The notes beneath the pieces were generated by a model, which was not told the DNA's origin, did not search any database, and was given only the letters and a program-made list of their open reading frames with translations. 17,479 bases of DNA, from NCBI GenBank assembly GCA_965242925.1, contig CBDEUM010000025.1, forward strand, positions 1 to 17,479, in the 5' to 3' direction. Position numbers and translations under genes: made by a program. Source of the DNA: Roseibacillus sp. Its GTDB lineage: Bacteria > Verrucomicrobiota > Verrucomicrobiia > Verrucomicrobiales > Akkermansiaceae. How positions within the stretch are numbered: the stretch's first letter is position 1; every line of letters begins with the position of its first letter. Of the stretch, positions 15,401-17,479 are shown piece by piece.

Positions 15401-16762
15401 CTACACCTCCTTCAGGATCCCGGTCGAATCACCGAGGCGTCCCGTTGGCGCGCCAACCTCTCCGAGCATCCGCAGGTAAAGATTGTTTAAGGGCACATCC
15501 GTCTTGAGATCAACATGCCGACCCGTCCGGAACTTGCCGCCCGCATGTCCCGCCAGGATAACGGGCAGGTCGTTGTGGCTGTGGCTATTCCCATCGGAAA
15601 GTCCGCCTCCCCACACGATCATCGAGTTGTATAACAGCGGTTTTCCATCAACATCCTTGGTGTTGCGCATGCGATCCAGGAAATAGGCGAGCTGCTCGAG
15701 GTAAAAGGTGTCGATCCGGGTAATCTTGTCGATCTTGGACCCGTTACCCTGGTGATGGGAGAGGCCATGATGCCCCTCAGTCACTCCATGGGTTGGAAAA
15801 GTACGATTACTCCCATCATGCGCGAGCAGGAAACTGGCGATCCGGGTCTGGTCGCTGCGGAAGGCCAGGATCATCATATCAAACATGATCTTGATATGCT
15901 CATGGTAGTGCCGGGGCACTCCATTCTCAGGTGCCGGCACCCCCGGCTCAGGAGGTGGCCCCATCCTTTCCGCCTTTTCGAGCTGTTGCTCAATCTCGCG
16001 GACACCGGTCATGTACTCGTCAAGCTTCTGCTGATCATTCCCGCCAAGGCGTTTCTCCATGGCCTTGGCATCCTCGAGGACAAAGTCGAGTATGGAACGC
16101 TGCTCGGCCCGACGCCTGGCGCGGTTCTCCTCCCGCTCCGCCCGGGACCCGCCCCCGAACAGACGCTCAAAGACAAGCCGCGGATTTGACTCGGGGGTCA
16201 TCGGCTGGGTCGCGGACCGCCAGGAGATATTAAACTGGTAAGCACAGGAATACCCCGAGTCGCAGTTGCCAGACTTTCGCACGCCGTCACAGGAAAGCTC
16301 CAGGGAGGGCAGGCGAGTCTCCCTGCCGAGATGATTGGCGGCCATCTGATCGACTGAAATCCCCAGCCGGATGTCCGACCCCGACGTTTTCCTCGGGCGG
16401 GACCCCGTCAGGAAAGTAGCATTCCCGCGCGCGTGATCACCTGCTCCATCGCGACCACCCCAGCCGTTGGCCTGCTCGAGTCCCTTCAAGATCTGGAGAT
16501 CGTTCCGGAACTTCTCCAACGGCTTCATTGACTCATTAAACACAAACTCCTTCCCCACACCCTGGGGACGCCATTTGTTCATGATGACTCCATTGGGAAG
16601 GCAGAGATAGGCCATCCGCAGCGGCGCTCCGCTGGCGGTCACCCCCCGGGCACCCGCTGCAGCCCGGGCCAATCCCACAGAACCCAGCCCGGGGAGGGCG
16701 ACACTCGCTCCCAGTCCACGGAGGAAGGTCCGGCGGCCCGGAAGGATTTGCTCTTCACTCAT
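15401..16762 (-). CDS. DUF1552 (HXXSHH) family protein with twin-arginine leader
   Basis: 453 aa. GRRTFLRGLG, PNGV, ISVDQMAA, LPSLELS, CDSGYSCAY, NPRLVFERLFG, SILDFV, HHGLSHH, SDGNSHSH. Confidence 0.9.
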   Translation of the reverse strand: MSEEQILPGRRTFLRGLGASVALPGLGSVGLARAAAGARGVTASGAPLRMAYLCLPNGVIMNKWRPQGVGKEFVFNESMKPLEKFRNDLQILKGLEQANGWGGRDGAGDHARGNATFLTGSRPRKTSGSDIRLGISVDQMAANHLGRETRLPSLELSCDGVRKSGNCDSGYSCAYQFNISWRSATQPMTPESNPRLVFERLFGGGSRAEREENRARRRAEQRSILDFVLEDAKAMEKRLGGNDQQKLDEYMTGVREIEQQLEKAERMGPPPEPGVPAPENGVPRHYHEHIKIMFDMMILAFRSDQTRIASFLLAHDGSNRTFPTHGVTEGHHGLSHHQGNGSKIDKITRIDTFYLEQLAYFLDRMRNTKDVDGKPLLYNSMIVWGGGLSDGNSHSHNDLPVILAGHAGGKFRTGRHVDLKTDVPLNNLYLRMLGEVGAPTGRLGDSTGILKEV

Positions 16763-16842
16763 CTAGCCCGAGTATACGCCATTCCTCAGGAACTTCGTAC
16801 AGAAATCGTCACCCGAAGAAATGACACCACGAACCCCTGCTT

Positions 16843-17479
16843 TTACAGCCGATCACCATCTCCCCGCCGCTTCTGGAAGGGCGTACTCTCCACGATTCCA
16901 TTGATCAGATCCACCATCGTTCCGTCATTACGGTTCAGGAGAGCAACAATGGAATCCACCGTGGGGGCGTCGTAGTATTCCACCCCTCGTCCCAGGGCAT
17001 AAGTGAGCATCTTCTCCGTCAGGCACCGATAGAAGTCCTGCTTCCGGGAGCTGGCCAGAATCTCCTTCAGCTCCATTACGTTTGAGAACTTTTCCCCCGT
17101 CACGAGCTGGCCTGCACTGTCAATGGGGTTTCCCCCCTCTTCCTCTCTCCACTGCCCGATTGCGTTGAAATTCTCGAGCGCCAGCCCGATCGGATCCATG
17201 CGCTCATGGCACGATTTGCACAAGGCCTTCTGGCGGTGCTCGACCATCAGTTCCCGCATCGTTCCGCTGCTGACTTCCTTCCGCGCCTCTTCCAACTCTG
17301 GCACATCGGGCGGAGCCGGCGGCGCGGGCGTCCCGAGGATGTTCTCAAGCACAAAGAGCCCACGCTTGACCGGCGAAGTGCGGGTCGGCTGCGAAGTCAC
17401 GATCAGAAACGTTCCCTGTGTAAGAATGCCCCCACGCGCCCACAGGTCCTCTCCGAATTCCACCCGGCGATGCGCTCGC
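16843..17479 (-). CDS. Partial (5'-truncated by window) PSD/PSCyt multi-domain protein, DUF1588 + DUF1585 C-terminal part
   Basis: RGGILTQG, RTSPVKRG.FVLENILG..PPAPP, H...CKSCH.RMDPIG.ALENF.AIG.WR, KMLTYALGRG. Frame is open to the window edge; usual upstream partner of DUF1552. Confidence 0.88.
   Translation of the reverse strand, partial: RAHRRVEFGEDLWARGGILTQGTFLIVTSQPTRTSPVKRGLFVLENILGTPAPPAPPDVPELEEARKEVSSGTMRELMVEHRQKALCKSCHERMDPIGLALENFNAIGQWREEEGGNPIDSAGQLVTGEKFSNVMELKEILASSRKQDFYRCLTEKMLTYALGRGVEYYDAPTVDSIVALLNRNDGTMVDLINGIVESTPFQKRRGDGDRL

Noticed and set aside
1..17479. CRISPR arrays, tRNA/rRNA genes, transposases, integrases
   Set aside because: No regularly spaced repeats, RNA gene signatures or recombinase ORFs seen; almost all sequence is accounted for by protein genes.

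Overview
GC-rich bacterial DNA, probably from Verrucomicrobiota or another PVC lineage (inferred from the DUF1552 plus PSD/PSCyt gene pair, not proven). The left half (193-9497) is a C30 (diapo)carotenoid cluster: a tight minus-strand operon crtP-crtQ-crtO-MMPL/RND exporter-LolA-like carrier-crtN, with a divergent aldehyde dehydrogenase (aldH/crtNc-like). No crtM-type synthase is in the window. The most notable feature is the MMPL + LolA-like module embedded among the carotenoid tailoring genes, suggesting dedicated export of an acyl-glyco-carotenoid to the outer membrane. Next is a Phd/YefM-VapC toxin-antitoxin module with a palindromic operator and an unusual 274-bp C-rich, hairpin-containing spacer that may be an insertion splitting the antitoxin's 3' end. 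The right half holds a class IV PLP aminotransferase, acpH, an orphan hybrid histidine kinase, a DUF1552 gene and a partial PSD/PSCyt (CxxCH) gene. All calls are from motif recognition by eye; no searches were run.
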